A DNA stretch of 63,882 bases, counting the filler, from Octopus bimaculoides (lineage: Eukaryota): the NCBI RefSeq assembly GCF_001194135.2. It is 6 parts of 5 records of this genome, joined end to end, with 100 filler letters (N's around TTAATTAATTAA, not from the genome) between each part and the next. Parts side by side here need not be neighbours in the genome. Positions count along the whole stretch, not along the records: positions 21,186 to 31,614 come from NC_068983.1; positions 31,715 to 42,946 come from NC_068981.1; 4 more parts are not named here. One strand, given 5' to 3'. The number at the start of each line of letters is the position of its first letter. The stretch's first letter is position 1. This document shows positions 23,720 to 36,499 of this stretch, in pieces. The notes below the pieces were generated by a model. It saw nothing but the letters and a program-made list of their open reading frames with translations, was not told the DNA's origin and searched no databases. The translations under genes were made by a program, and so were the position numbers.

Positions 23720-26407
23720 ATGGAAAAACAATATTTAGGGATTTCATTGAAAGATATACAAATTCCATCTAATGACACTTATCTATTATTATTACTACAG
23801 TAACCAAATGACCTAATCAAAAGAATGAGATGGAAGGCATTCTTTTACGACAACAAGGAAAATAAGAAATACCAAAATAATAATAATAATAATTATGGAC
23901 TCAAATCCTATAAAAACCCTCCACAAAACCCACTGTTAATTGAATTTGAAACCAAAATATTAGAATTAATAAAATCCATAAAATGTTCATCATTTTATTC
24001 CAAATATCAATCAACTCTAAATGAAATAACCAAAAAAAATATTAAAAAATCACCTAATATACATGTTTTCTCAGATAAAACAGGGAATTTATATTCCATT
24101 ACTCCCACCCAATACAATGATTTTATACACAACAAATTATGTAAATCTTATAAAATAACTAACCCATCACAACTAGATATACTAAATGATGAACATTCCA
24201 CACTTATGCAAAAATTGGATATTGAAGACCGCACAGAAATATATACTCCAAACACTCCACACTTTAATCTATAAGACCATAAACAAGATTTCAATATTAA
24301 TCCCACTATTAGACTAATTTGTCCTACTAAATCAGACCTCGGAAGAATAAGTAAGAACATACTAGATAGAATTATTCCTATAATAAAGAAAAAAAAAACT
24401 TAATTCTAATTTATGGTTCAATACGGGAGAAGTAATCTCTTGGTTTCATTTATTACCTAATAAGACTAGCTTATCATTTATACAATTTGATATTAATAAT
24501 TATTATGCTTCCATATTACCTATTATATTAAATAAAGCAATAATTTTAGCTAAACATCTTACTGACATTACACNNNNNNNNNNNNNNNNNNNNNNNNNNN
24601 NNNNNNNNGCAATAATTTTAGCTAAAAATCTTACTGACATTACACCACTTGAAATTGACATTATTCAATTAGCTAGAAAAACATTGATAAAATTCAATGA
24701 TAAATTATGGTGTAGATCAGGTAACAATAGTTTATTTAACTTATTTGATATCACAATGGGATCATCCGATTCGGCACAAATAACAGACTTAGTGGGATTA
24801 TATTTACTAAACGAAACTAAACATTATTTTCCATCCTTGAAAGGAGGAATATATAGGGATGACGCACTCCTTGTATATAATGGTATATCCAAAAGAAAAA
24901 TAGGAAAGTTAAGAGAAGATTTACATAAATTCTATAAAAATATTGGCGTATCCATCACATTCGAAGAAAGTTATACTAAAGCAATTTTTTTAGATGTAAC
25001 GTTAGACCTCAATATATTCTCCATATCATAAACCAAATGAATATCTCAAATACGTAAATATAAATTCAAATCATCATATTTCATTACTTAAAAGTATAGT
25101 AAATAGTATTTCTATAAGAATATCTGATTTATCATATAATGAAGAAATGTTTAATTGCCATGCTGATTATTATAATCAAGCTTTACGGGCAAGTGGACAT
25201 AAACAAAGTATTAAATATATGAAAAATACCAAATTAAAAAATTACATAGCACAATTAGAACTAAACAATATGATAGAAAATAACAAAATACAAAATAAAG
25301 ATAACACCACATGCACCAATAATATACAATTAAAAATAAAACATAAAACTTATACACAATATAATAAAAATTCTAAAAATAATATAACACAAAGAACAAA
25401 ACATCAAAATAAATACACTATGAATAATATACATTTTCTAAAATCATTAGATAAATACCAAAAATTACCTATGTGGAGCTCAAATAGACAAATTATATGG
25501 TTTACACCTCCATTTTCCTTAAAAGTCAAAGGCTTAGCAAAATAATTTCTTAATATATTTAAAAAATGTTTCCCCACAGAATACAAATATCACCACATAT
25601 TCAATAGATCATGTATTAAAATTTCTTTTTCCACAACACCAAACATAGGATCTATTATTGCCAGTTCAAATAGACGAAAAATTCATACATTTAAAAAACT
25701 ACCATAATAACAATAATAATGACATCATAAATAGAAGTGCAAATAAATATAAGAATATAAATACGCAAACCCCTAATAATAATACTGATATAATACGACA
25801 GCAAAAACATAATAAATACCATAGGACTGAAGAAAGACAAAATATAGCAATAAACCCAATAATACAACCTAATATAAATAAAAATAATTCACAAATAATG
25901 AACACACATAACTCCAACATAATAGATACCACAACCAATTCTATAAATAATACTTTATATACCACTAATAATAATAAGGAAAATAATAAACATCCACAAC
26001 AGAGATATAAAAATGATAATAATTGCTCATGTAAAAATAAAAGAATATGTCCTTTACAAGGAAATTGCAAAAGATTAAATATAATATATAAATGCATAGT
26101 AACAATAACTAATCACTCACATAAAATGGTATACATAGGGAGCTCTATTAATTTTAAACAAAGATACCTGGCACATATACATTCCTTTAAACCAAATACA
26201 AATAATAATACAACCTCATTAGCTACATATATACAAAAACGTAATAAAAATAAAATTAATTATAAACTAGACTGGTCAATAATAGATTCTGCCACACCAT
26301 ACACACATAAATCAAATAATTGAATCGCTGAATATATTACTATATAAACAAGATAACTTAATAAATAATACATTAGATGCGATAACATCATGTAAACACA
26401 GGTATTA
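23720..26407 (+). mobile_element. Penelope-like element, RT plus C-terminal GIY-YIG endonuclease, frameshifted near-full-length copy (Hydra-clade-like)
   Basis: MEKQYLGISLKDIQIPS...IKRMRWKAFF; SDKTGNLY; DHKQDF...RLICPTKSDLGRISK; FDINNYY; GSSDSAQITDLVGLYLL; YRDDAL; CSCKNKRICPLQGNC; IIYKC...VYIGSSINFKQRYLAH; LINN...ITSCKHR. Follows a GATA-type tract. Clade label is inference. Confidence 0.9.
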
Positions 26408-26849
26408 NNNNNNNNNNNNNNNNNNNNNNNNNNNNNNNNNNNNNNNNNNNNNNNNNNNNNNNNNNNNNNNNNNNNNNNNNNNNNNNNNNNNNNNNNNNNN
26501 NNNTATAGGGGTAAATATTAGATACATATCCATGTTAAACATAGAGACTTAATAAGGGAATTCTAATGATAGCAATTTACAATTAATTAATTAAAAATAA
26601 ATGCTTACGAATTTGAACTCAGATTCTAGTATATTACTTCATTGAAAAAAAATAAAATAAAATTTAATGTCGAAAAAAAGAGCCGTGTTGGACGTTTTTG
26701 GGATAGTGTGATGTTTGGAATATTTTTGAATTTTGTCTGTTTTTGTGCTGTAAAACATTAATTGTAAAATTTTGAAAGAAAGAGAAGAAATCTCTGCGTC
26801 ACAGTTGGTGAAACCAGTAACGGTTTCCCAGTGTAGGGAGGCCTGCACG

Positions 26850-28272
26850 ATGGCCGAAGCAGGAAGGGTCAGTCATACACATGAAATGGAAGAAATATGT
26901 GAAGAGGATTGGCCAACATTAGCGAAAAAGAATAATAACGAAGCAGGAAGTCTGAAAATGGTAAAGGACAGGGAAGAATCAGGGAAAAGGGTTGATTTTG
27001 CAGCAGTCGCTGGTGACAGGAAAGGAACGGTCAACATCGGGAATGCCGAGATGCATAAGCATATGATGAAGAGAGAAGGTCATGGTGTTGTTGCAACCCC
27101 TCCCCAAAGTTTCATAGAAGGAACACAGATAATATTTAAAACATATAGTAAAAAAGGGAAACAAATTGAATACGTATAGGAGGCTGAGATCGAAAAATGC
27201 CTAAAAACACTATTTAAAAAAAATATTTACATTACCAGAGGCAAGCGCTATGCTACGGTAGAGGTGAGAATGGAGTCAGAGGAAGCTGCCCGACTCCATT
27301 CTGTGGAGCCTCTGGAAACAGAAAATGTGATTCTCCTACCACTGTACATGGGTAGGAGAACATCACAAATGAGAATTGGAAACATTCCCCCTGAAGTTGA
27401 CACAGAGTGGTTAGTCGCTGCAACGACAATGGGCTTGGAAGATAAGATCACAATTCTAGACGCAATTGTGACTGAACCAAAACTGAGATTCGGCCAGGCC
27501 CTAAAAATGACTATTCAAGCAGAACAGGCCACACTGGAAGAAATAATTGAAAGCTTTGAGGTTGGCGGCACACGACTAGTCATGTCAGTGGATGGCCGCA
27601 AACATCGTTGCTTCCAGTGTGGCAAGAAGGGTCACCTCAGGGTGAACTGCAACCAGAAGACGGAAGATGGAAAGACTAACCAGGAGGATACAGAAGGAAA
27701 CTGGAGAAAAAGGGAAGAAAAATGGAGAAAAAAGGAAGGAAACAGAAAGGAAGAAAACAGAAGAGGAAAAAATCCAGAGATGGTGGAAGAGAAACAAAAG
27801 CAAACACGGATGCCAGTGGAAAAGGTTGGAGAGGGTTGGACTATTGTGTCCAACAAAAGAAAACAACCCTCCCCAACGAAAGAAAAGCAAAAAGATAAAA
27901 AAAACAAAAAAATATGAATCAAAAGTAAAATACAGTGTGTATATGGTGGTTCGAACCGCATATAGAGATCTAATGAACCACCTAGCAACTATCGACAAAG
28001 AAAAAATGAAAAGGATAGAGTTTAAAAATGGAAAAGGTGTTTATAAAACAACGAGGAAAATGTTTAACGTACTCAGCAATACATATTGGAGAGACATAGG
28101 GGTGCCAAGATTGGATTATGTACCAACCATGTCGGAGAATTTTATACCTCCGATTCCACAGGCCCCAGATGGAGTGGAAAAGGCGGGGGNNNNNNNNNNN
28201 NNNNNNNCCCCCCCCCCCCGCCAGATACTGACTAAGGTAAGACACTTATGGCGGTTCGAATGGGATGTTTAA
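26850..28272 (+). pseudogene. LINE ORF1 (gag-like, zinc knuckle)
   Basis: ATG at 26850; single in-frame TAG at 27177-27179; CFQCGKKGHLRVNC; probable frameshift in the A-run near 27895-27915 into the 27667-28272 frame, which overlaps the ORF2 start. Confidence 0.75.
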
Positions 28273-31200
28273 ATGTACCCGGTCTGTCGTCGAGTTGGAA
28301 GCAGGGGCGCTTCCTAAATGACATCAGGTCGCGAAATTTAGATGTGATTGCTGCCACAGAAACCCGGATAAGCAGGCCTAGAGATCAGCTCCCCCTCTTG
28401 AACGGCTACGAGAGATACGTCTCTCCATGTCGGCCGGGTGGTGGGTGGGTGGGTGTTGGTCTTAATAAAAAGAGACCGGGTTCCTGAGGTAAAGTCTATT
28501 TTTATTGATCCAGGAGGCAAGCTGGTCGTCCTGGATTTGACATTTAATTGTGGTAAGACAGTCAGGTTGGTCGCAATTTATGCACCCAACACAAGTGGTT
28601 TACAGAATCAATATTTCCGTGACCTCGGGAAATTCCTAGCGACATCACATTCTTTAGTCGTGTTAGGTGACGTCAACACAATTGACGATGCGCGTGTTGA
28701 TTGTGTTGGCTCGCAGACAGAGAGAACAGCGAATCCTGGCTTTCGGGACCTGCTCAGCCACTTTCAGCTGGTAGACCCGTATAAACTGGAACGCCCAAAA
28801 GCTCCACTGTGGACGTGGTCAAATAGCGATGGGTCTTCCAGGTCTTATTTAGATAGGATATTGATAAGAAAAGTAGATAAAGATATAGTTAGGTGTCCAC
28901 AATTTTACCCAGTCTGCTATAGTGACCACAAGATGGTCACAAACGAGCTGACTGTAGATAAGATGTATAGACAGGGATCTGGCTACTGGAAACTCAACAA
29001 GTCCCTCTTAGAGAATGAGGAGTACAGAAAGCGGATCAAGCTAATAATTCAAAGGGAGTTAACAGGTACCATCATTAATAATAAATGGTGGTACGCCCTT
29101 AAGCGAGCCATAAAATATGAGTCGATTAGATTTAGCATAGGCATAGCTAGGAAGGAACGTAAAATAGGCGATGGTCTAGTTAAGGAGTTAGAGAAAGCCA
29201 TGGAGAATGGTAATGCGGACCAAGTGCAGGCCAAGAGACTGGAACTAAACCAGCACCTCGAAAGCCAACACATGGGAAGCATTATCAGAGCAAAAATTCG
29301 TGCAATGGGTTGCGAAGGAATCAAAGCTGCCGGATGGGCCCGAGTGGTGGAGGCTCAACGGGGTAATGACTCCATTATTCGGTCTGTGGTGAACCTTCAG
29401 GACGTATTGGCAAACGAACCCGAGGAGATGTGTGAGGCGTTTCAGGAGCACTTCGCCAAGCTTTTCGGGGGTGATGGTGAGCCGCGTGGTGGAGAAGACC
29501 TTGAGAACTTCCTTGCCGGGCTGCCACGCCTCTCGCGGCCGAATGCGGAGGCTTGTGAGGGGCCGATCACGACTGGGGAGATAATCGAGGCGTTGGCGAA
29601 CTGTGGTAGGGGAAAATCGCCGGGACTTGATGGGGTACCCTATGAATTATATAAAAGTATGCCAGNNNNNNNNNNNNNNNNNNNNNNNNNNNNNNNNNNN
29701 NNNNNNNNNNNNNNNNNNNNNNNNNNNNNNNNNNNNNNNNNNNNNNNNNNNNNNNNNNNNNNNNNNNNNNNNNNNNNNNNNNNNNNNNNNNNNNNNNNNN
29801 NNNNNNNNNNNNNNNNNNNNNNNNNNNNNNNNNNNNNNNNNNNNNNNNNNNNNNNNNNNNNNNNNNNNNNNNNNNNNNNNNNNNNNNNNNNNNNNNNNNN
29901 NNNNNNNNNNNNNNNNNNNNNNNNNNNNNNNNNNNNNNNNNNNNNNNNNNNNNNNNNNNNNNNNNNNNNNNNNNNNNNNNNNNNNNNNNNNNNNNNNNNN
30001 NNNNNNNNNNNNNNNNNNNNNNNNNNNNNNNNNNNNNNNNNNNNNNNNNNNNNNNNNNNNNNNNNNNNNNNNNNNNNNNNNNNNNNNNNNNNNNNNNNNN
30101 NNNNNNNNNNNNNNNNNNNNNNNNNNNNNNNNNNNNNNNNNNNNNNNNNNNNNNNNNNNNNNNNNNNNNNNAAAGTAGGCAAAGTTATTGAGGAGTACGA
30201 GACGGTGGCAGGAGCAAATATTAATCGGGATAAGTCAGTCGGCTTGCAACTCGGCACCTGGAGGAGCAAGTAGATGCCTTCGGATAGCGTCGTAGGACGC
30301 TGGACGGAGGGGCCGGTTAAGTTGCTGGGGATTTGGTTTGGTCCAGACTTCCAGGTGGAGAAGAACTGGGCAGAGGTGTTGAGCAAGATAGCCGGTATAG
30401 CCAAGAGTTGGTCTCGGCGATGGCTGTCCTTGAAAGGGAGGGCGGAGGTAGCCAATGTGTTTATCGCATCGGTTATTACCTACCACCTGACCGTCGTTCC
30501 TTGCCCTGATTCGTGGTTGACCAAGTTTGAAAGACAGCTCTTTCACTTTTTGTGGAGGGGCTCGAAGCCACTTGTGAGACGCTCTATCTGTTGCCAGAAA
30601 CCGTTAAAGGGAGGTTTAGGGATGCCTTGGTTGATGNNNNNNNNNNACCGTTAAAGGGAGGTTTAGGGATGCCTTGGTTGATGATGCGCAGACATGCGTT
30701 GAGGTTGAGGCATCTTTGGATACTCCTGGATGGTGACCAGGTGTGGTCTCCGTGTTGGCAAGACAAATGTTCCACAACTTCGCCAGTATGAGTGCAAAGG
30801 AAGCTTGGTGCTTTCGTAGACCGAGGTTGAGCCAATGGTACACGGAGTGTCGTAAGGCTCTCCTGCTATTCCGACGCTCGGGCAACGCCAGCAGCGGGGG
30901 TTCTACAGCATTATTTTATAGAGGGTTAGTAGAGGCAGAATGCGACGATGACCTGGGAACGACTCTGGGTCTCGGATTTATTGAACTCGACAGCCTGTTC
31001 TTCCGTACATTCCGGTTGAAGTCGTTGGATAACGTCCAAATGTATTTGACCTGGAAATGCTATAGAGGAGCCTTGCCCGTTCGCGATAAACTTGCAAGAC
31101 ATGGAACGCAGATATCACCGACCTGTCCAAGATGCGGGCGGGATAGGGAAACCGTCCCGCACGCTATTGTACAGTGTCCGGAGGTCTCCGAAATGTGGGT

Positions 31201-31483
31201 TTACGTGGAACACCTAATGTCAAGTGAAGGAAGAATACAGTTGTCGGCTGAGTCAATTATAAAAATTGACCCGCTAAGTTTGTTATCAAACGAAGGTAAG
31301 AAATGTTTCCTCATTACAGTAGCAGTAGCGAAAGAGGTTGTGCGGAAGACTAGAATGGAAGGGAACAAGACGGGCACTTTCATCTCCAGTCAAGGTCTGG
31401 TGAGATATTTTTCTTTTCATTTGAAAAGAAAAATACGAGTGGAGAGAAAGTGTTTGTCGGAGAAAATGTTTCAATCAAGATGA
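28248..31483 (+). pseudogene. LINE ORF2 (AP endonuclease, reverse transcriptase, C-terminal Zn motif)
   Basis: MGCLNVPGL, DVIAATET, VAIYAPN, VVLGDVN, WTWSN...SYLDRIL, SDHKMV, GYWKLNKSLL, GKSPGLDGVPYELYK, LSLKGRAEV, CPRCGRDRETVPHAIVQC. Frameshift near 28450-28480; in-frame TAG at 30271-30273; RT core lies in the N gap. Confidence 0.9.
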
Positions 31484-31614
31484 AAATATGTCGCTCGAGA
31501 GTTGCGAGTGAAAGAGTCCAATTGAATACGCCATAGGTGTCTTCGAAAGTGTCAGTGGTGGGATGGGGCTCGTGGGGTCGGAGCATAACCCAGTCCCCCA
31601 CTTCATCTGTCTAT

Positions 31615-31714
31615 NNNNNNNNNNNNNNNNNNNNNNNNNNNNNNNNNNNNNNNNNNNNTTAATTAATTAANNNNNNNNNNNNNNNNNNNNNNNNNNNNNN
31701 NNNNNNNNNNNNNN
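31615..31714. other. Assembly spacer N44-TTAATTAATTAA-N44
   Basis: 12-mer at 31659-31670. Confidence 0.9.
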
Positions 31715-32486
31715 TATATATATATATATATATATATATATGCATGCATGTATGTATGTATGTATGTATGATGCTTGCTTACATGAGAGTAAGAGTGAAT
31801 GGTGTGGCAGTGTTACATCACATATTTCAAATATTACTGTCACAAATACTGAATACGATTAACGATAATTACAAACATCAACGTAGCCGCCATTTTTTAA
31901 TGGAAATTCCAAACGTAACAGACTCAGCAATTCTATTCATTTATTCATTTATTTATGTTAGCAAATATACAGAACCACAAAGCTACGATGGAACAACAAC
32001 CACATACGAAGATGTTAGGTAGATATCTCAACGAATGAAGGAGTTGATATAACTGTATATTTTACGACTTCGCCATTCGGGTTATTTGAACATGTTTTAA
32101 ACGTATATGGCCGTCACTTATCATAAACGTTACAGAAATTACGTTTAGTGGCTCAACAGGCAGGTATGAATTATGAACGCCGACCAAGTAGTATATCATG
32201 GCAAAAAAGCAAAATATCATCACGTCATAACCTTATATAGGAAACTCTTCCTTTGTTTTATACGAAAGGTTACTCTCGAAGAAAAGTTGTAAATTTAGCT
32301 TTTCGTAAACGTAGTCTTTTAGTCAGACTCTTTTCTAATCATATTTTATGTCTTACATGAAATGTAAATATATGTAAATATATGCGTGTGTGAATGGGTC
32401 GGTGTATATATTACATCATCATCATCATCATCATCATTATCATTATTATTATTGTTGTTGTTGTTGTCGTTGTTATTGGCATTATA

Positions 32487-32705
32487 AGGCGGCGAGCTGG
32501 CAGAATCGTTAGCACGCCCGGGCGAAAATGCTTAACAGTATTTCGTCTGCCGCTAACTTTTCTGAGTTCAAATTCCGCCGAGGTCGAATTTGTCTTTCAT
32601 CCTTTCGGGGAGTCGATAAAATAAGTACCAGTTGTGCACTGGGGTCGATGTAATCGACTTAATCCCTTCCCCGAAATTGCTGCCCTTGTGGCAAAATTTG
32701 AAATC
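32487..32705 (+). mobile_element. SINE family A, full length
   Basis: AAGGCGGCGAGCTGGCAGAATCGTTAGCACG to GCCCTTGTGGCAAAATTTGAAATC. Confidence 0.85.
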
Positions 32706-32708
32706 ACT

Positions 32709-33945
32709 ATTATTTTATTTTATGCTTCACTTTTGCTTTGCATTTGTACAATTTGGCTCCAAGTCTCACCCAGAGACCTCAAGAGACAACAAGTTAGAAG
32801 TTCATGTTGGTGTTATGCCTAGGGTGCCATACACTTGGTTTTGTACATAGTGTTGTTCTAGAGAATGTTTAAGAAACCATAAGAAAATTATGTGTTTGTT
32901 TTAAAATTTGAGATTACATAGACAGTATTTTACGTAGGATATGGACAATTCCCATGAGCACTATCTTTTGAATTTCTGCCATTTTGGGGTTTCCTGGTAT
33001 CTGAGCTAGGTAGCAATCAGCCCCTTTTGCTATCATTCCTGGGACACCTATGACAACAGGTATTGTTTTAGTTTTGAGGTTCCACATTTTGCTAATTTCA
33101 ATTTCAAGATCTCTATACTTGCCCAGTTTTTGGTAGGTCGTGACAGATACGTTTATGTCGATTGGGACAGTCATATCAATGAGGAGGCAGGATTTTTGTC
33201 TGAAGTCTTTCAGTATAATGTCTGGCCTATTCGCATCTATCTTTCTGTCAGTTTGAATGGCGAAGTTCTAGAGGAGTGCGATGTGATCATTTTCAAGTAC
33301 TGGTAGTGGTTTGTGTTCCTACCAGTTTTTATCATGTGGCAAGTCCAGGTTTTTGCAAATTACCCAGTGAATATATTGTGCGGCTCTATCATGCCTGTTG
33401 AGATATTCTGTAGGCGCTAGAAGACAGCAGATGGAGACATGATCAATGGTTTCATTTTGCTGTTAACATACACGTCATGTTGGGAAGCTGCTGTTCTTTA
33501 ATGTGTTGGCCTGGTAGCGCCTTGTAGGTAGGCGTTGATCTTGGGCTGCTATGATAAACCTTTCTGTTTCTGATTTTAAGCCAGAAGCCATTAGTCATTG
33601 ATGGGTAAGGGCTTTGTCAACATCGGCATTATTAACTCACTTTGGGTATTTGCCATTGAGAGGTTTTCCTTGCCAGTTATCAGTAAGGATATCTAAGGCA
33701 GCAGTTTTAGCACGGGTTTTCACACGCTTAGCTTTTTCTGTGCTTGTTTCTAGTACGTCTAATTCTGGAATTTGTTGTATTTGGAATTCACTTAGATATT
33801 CCTTTGCCTGTTTTGTTACTGAGTATGATGCTTTCTTATTTTCATGTTTTGAGACAAGTTTTAACATCCAGTCCTCAGAGTTTTTCAGTTAGGTGCCCAG
33901 GACGATTGTGGCAATCTTCATGGTTAATGCCATGAAGATTGTTAT
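32709..33945 (-). mobile_element. R4/Dong-clade RLE non-LTR retrotransposon, 5'-truncated, decayed
   Basis: WQGKPLNGKYP; GLKSETERFIIAAQDQ; LAPTEYLNRHDRAAQYIHWVIC; TDRKIDANRPDIIL; LIDMTVP; KYRDLEIEISKMW; IPVVIG; IQKIVLMGIVHILRKILSM* (stop 32914-32916); 3' UTR ending AAATAAAATAATA. Confidence 0.9.
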
Positions 33946-33952
33946 GCTATTA

Positions 33953-34260
33953 AGGTGGTGAGCTGGCGAAATCGATAGCTGGAAGCCCGTCGTATATATG
34001 TATATATGTTTGTGTCGCGAGGTGGCAGAAGGACGGCGAGCTGGCAGAAACGTTAGTACGCCGGGCGAAATGCTTAGCGGTATTTCGTCTGCCGCTACGT
34101 TCTGAGTTCAAATTCCGCCGGGGTCGACTTTGCCTTCCAATCTTTCGGAGTCGATTAAATAAGTACCATTTACGCACTGAGGTCGATGTAATCGACTTAA
34201 TCCCTTTGTCTGTCCTTGTTTGTCCACTCTATGTTTAGCTTTTAGATAAAGTCGACCTCG
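33953..34260 (+). mobile_element. SINE family A: short head fragment plus full copy
   Basis: AAGGTGGTGAGCTGGCG at ~33952; GGACGGCGAGCTGGCAGAAACGTTAG at ~34031; tail TTTGTCTGTCCTTGTTTGTCC. Confidence 0.75.
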
Positions 34261-34670
34261 GNNNNNNNNNNNNNNNNNNNNNNNNNNNNNNNNNNNNNNN
34301 NNNNNNNNNNNNNNNNNNNNNNNNNNNNNNNNNNNNNNNNNNNNNNNNNNNNNNNNNNNNNNNNNNNNNNNNNNNNNNNNNNNNNNNNNNNNNNNNNNNN
34401 NNNNNNNNNNNNNNNNNNNNNNNNNNNNNNNNNNNNNNNNNNNNNNNNNNNNNNNNNNNNNNNNNNNNNNNNNNNNNNNNNNNNNNNNNNNNNNNNNNNN
34501 NNNNNNNNNNNNNNNNNNNNNNNNNNNNNNNNNNNNNNNNNNNNNNNNNNNNNNNNNNNNNNNNNNNNNNNNNNNNNNNNNNNNNNNNNNNNNNNNNNNN
34601 NNNNNNNNNNNNNNNNNNNNNNNNNNNNNNNNNNNNNNNNNNNNNNNNNNNNNNNNNNNNNNNNNNNNNN

Positions 34671-34709
<39 letters not shown>

Positions 34710-35420
34710 AACACACACATATACACACTCTCTCACTCATACACAAACATATATATACATTTATGCGCATATATGTACATCTATAGATATATATGTATGT
34801 ATATATATATACATATTTGTATGTATGTATGTATGATGTGTACGATACGTGCCTGTCTGTCTGTGAACAAAACAAAACCCTACACACACAAAGCATTAGT
34901 TTTACCAAAATCTACAAAATACCTCTCATCGCGGCCTCTTTTCGTTCCAATTACCATTTCGCCCCGCCCACCATTTATTTTGAACACAAAAACCGTTTAC
35001 ACATCCAAGCTATGGATTTCCTCACCGGATAATACTACCAATAATAATAATAATAATAATAATATATAAACCGTATGTCAACGAGACGGTAGTAAAATGT
35101 AAAATATTTATCCCGGCGTTCTTTGTTTTTTTTTTTTTTCAAATCATCCCATTCACCCACCTCTTTTTTTCTTTCTTTTTGTTTTTTTTTTTCCTAATAC
35201 ATTCCAAAACCCATCCCAGAATGAAACCTACATAAAATATATATTATAAAAATGTGGGGCTTAAATGTTTTTTAAACAGCATACAGTTCATTTTTCCTGA
35301 TAACATCTGTGTCAGAAAATATATACGTTATCCTTTGATCTCACCTATCGCTGACTCATGAATACAGATATCCATAGATATATACACACACATACACACA
35401 CGCGTGTGAGCGTGTGTGTG

Positions 35421-35456
<36 letters not shown>

Positions 35457-36128
35457 GCTATATATATAGGAGGTGTAAATGCCGAGTTATTTTCTCATAA
35501 CTGAAGCTTACGCATACTGTTTAGTCAATCGTAGTCGTCAGTTAATCTAAAACAATGAAATGGGTTGGAGGTCACGGAATTTAAATATTTTGGGTGCCGT
35601 TCTGTTTTTACATGCATACATATACATACACACAAGCACACACACATATATATATATATACACACATACATACATACATACATACATACATACATACATA
35701 CGTACATATATGTTGCTGATGTCGCAAAAATTTGTAAACTTTGAGAGAACGTGAAATAATTCTTTTTGGAACGATGGATCTTGAAGCAGATAAAGCTGCA
35801 AATGACAGTGTGTGTAAATATTGGGTTAAAAATCCCTTTAGATTAAAAAAAAAAGGTGGAAAATCGAAGTCTGCTTGTAGGACTCGAGCCTACATTTGCT
35901 GCAAGTGTGATAGGCATTCCACCAATAGACCGAAGCAATCCTTCCAATTTCCTTATCCATTTTAGGGACCTTATTCTTACCAACAAGATCTGTATGGTAT
36001 TGACGTCATTAGAAATTATGCTTCGAGATCCACCATTCCAAAATAGAATCTTTCCTTCGAATTTCGAAAATTCTGATGGCGTCAACAGGCAATTATTTCC
36101 TATCTCTTTGCCATTCTTTTTATTCATT

Positions 36129-36195
<67 letters not shown>

Positions 36196-36197
<2 letters not shown>

Positions 36198-36420
36198 AAG
36201 CGGCGAGCTGACAGAATCGTTAGCACGCCGGACAAAATTCTTGAATGGAATTTTGTCCGGCTTACGTTCTAAGTTCAAATTCTGCTCATGCCGACTTTGA
36301 TTTTCATCCTTTCGGGGCCGATCAAAGAAAGTTTCAGTTGAGTGCTGGGATCGATGTAATCGACTATCCCTACCACCCCCAAATTACAGGCCCCTGTGCC
36401 TATAGTAGAAAGCATTATTA
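36196..36420 (+). mobile_element. SINE family A between (GTA)n and (TTA)n tracts
   Basis: AAAGCGGCGAGCTGACAGAATCGTTAGC to GTGCCTATAGTAGAAAGCATTATTA. Confidence 0.8.
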
Positions 36421-36433
36421 TTATTATTATTAT

Positions 36434-36492
<59 letters not shown>

Positions 36493-36499
36493 TTGTTTC

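Larger units (their letters stand above)
26668..31614 (+). mobile_element. Tx1/L1-clade LINE, near full length, decayed
   Basis: ORF1 with a CCHC knuckle followed by an APE-RT ORF2 with a C-terminal CxxC..H motif; 3' end cut by a spacer; 5' boundary approximate. Confidence 0.9.

Noticed and set aside
24537-24645. 37-bp direct repeat inside the PLE RT region
   Set aside because: The two copies flank an N gap and differ by one base, typical of an unmerged contig overlap.
26321-26323. TGA at a position aligning with a conserved Cys of the PLE endonuclease (possible selenocysteine)
   Set aside because: Other conserved Cys codons are TGT/TGC, the neighbouring CxL residues appear deleted, the element is frameshifted, and no SECIS was seen. 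Selenoprotein PLEs are reported for N-terminal-endonuclease Naiads, not this architecture.
26560-26615. Possible degenerate hammerhead (CTAATGA-TAGCA...TGCTTA-CGAA) after the 23.7-kb PLE
   Set aside because: The core is mutated, no stem I or III was found, and the 3' part matches a SINE family A fragment (GAATTTGAACTCAGA).
30598-30685. Tandem duplication in LINE ORF2 (CCGTTAAAGGGAGGTTTAGGGATGCCTTGGTTGATG)
   Set aside because: The copies flank a 10-N gap; this is an assembly overlap artefact.
35856-36130. Overlapping 130-138-aa ORFs on both strands
   Set aside because: Their length is inflated by (GTA)n and SINE sequence; no recognisable motif or paired splice sites.
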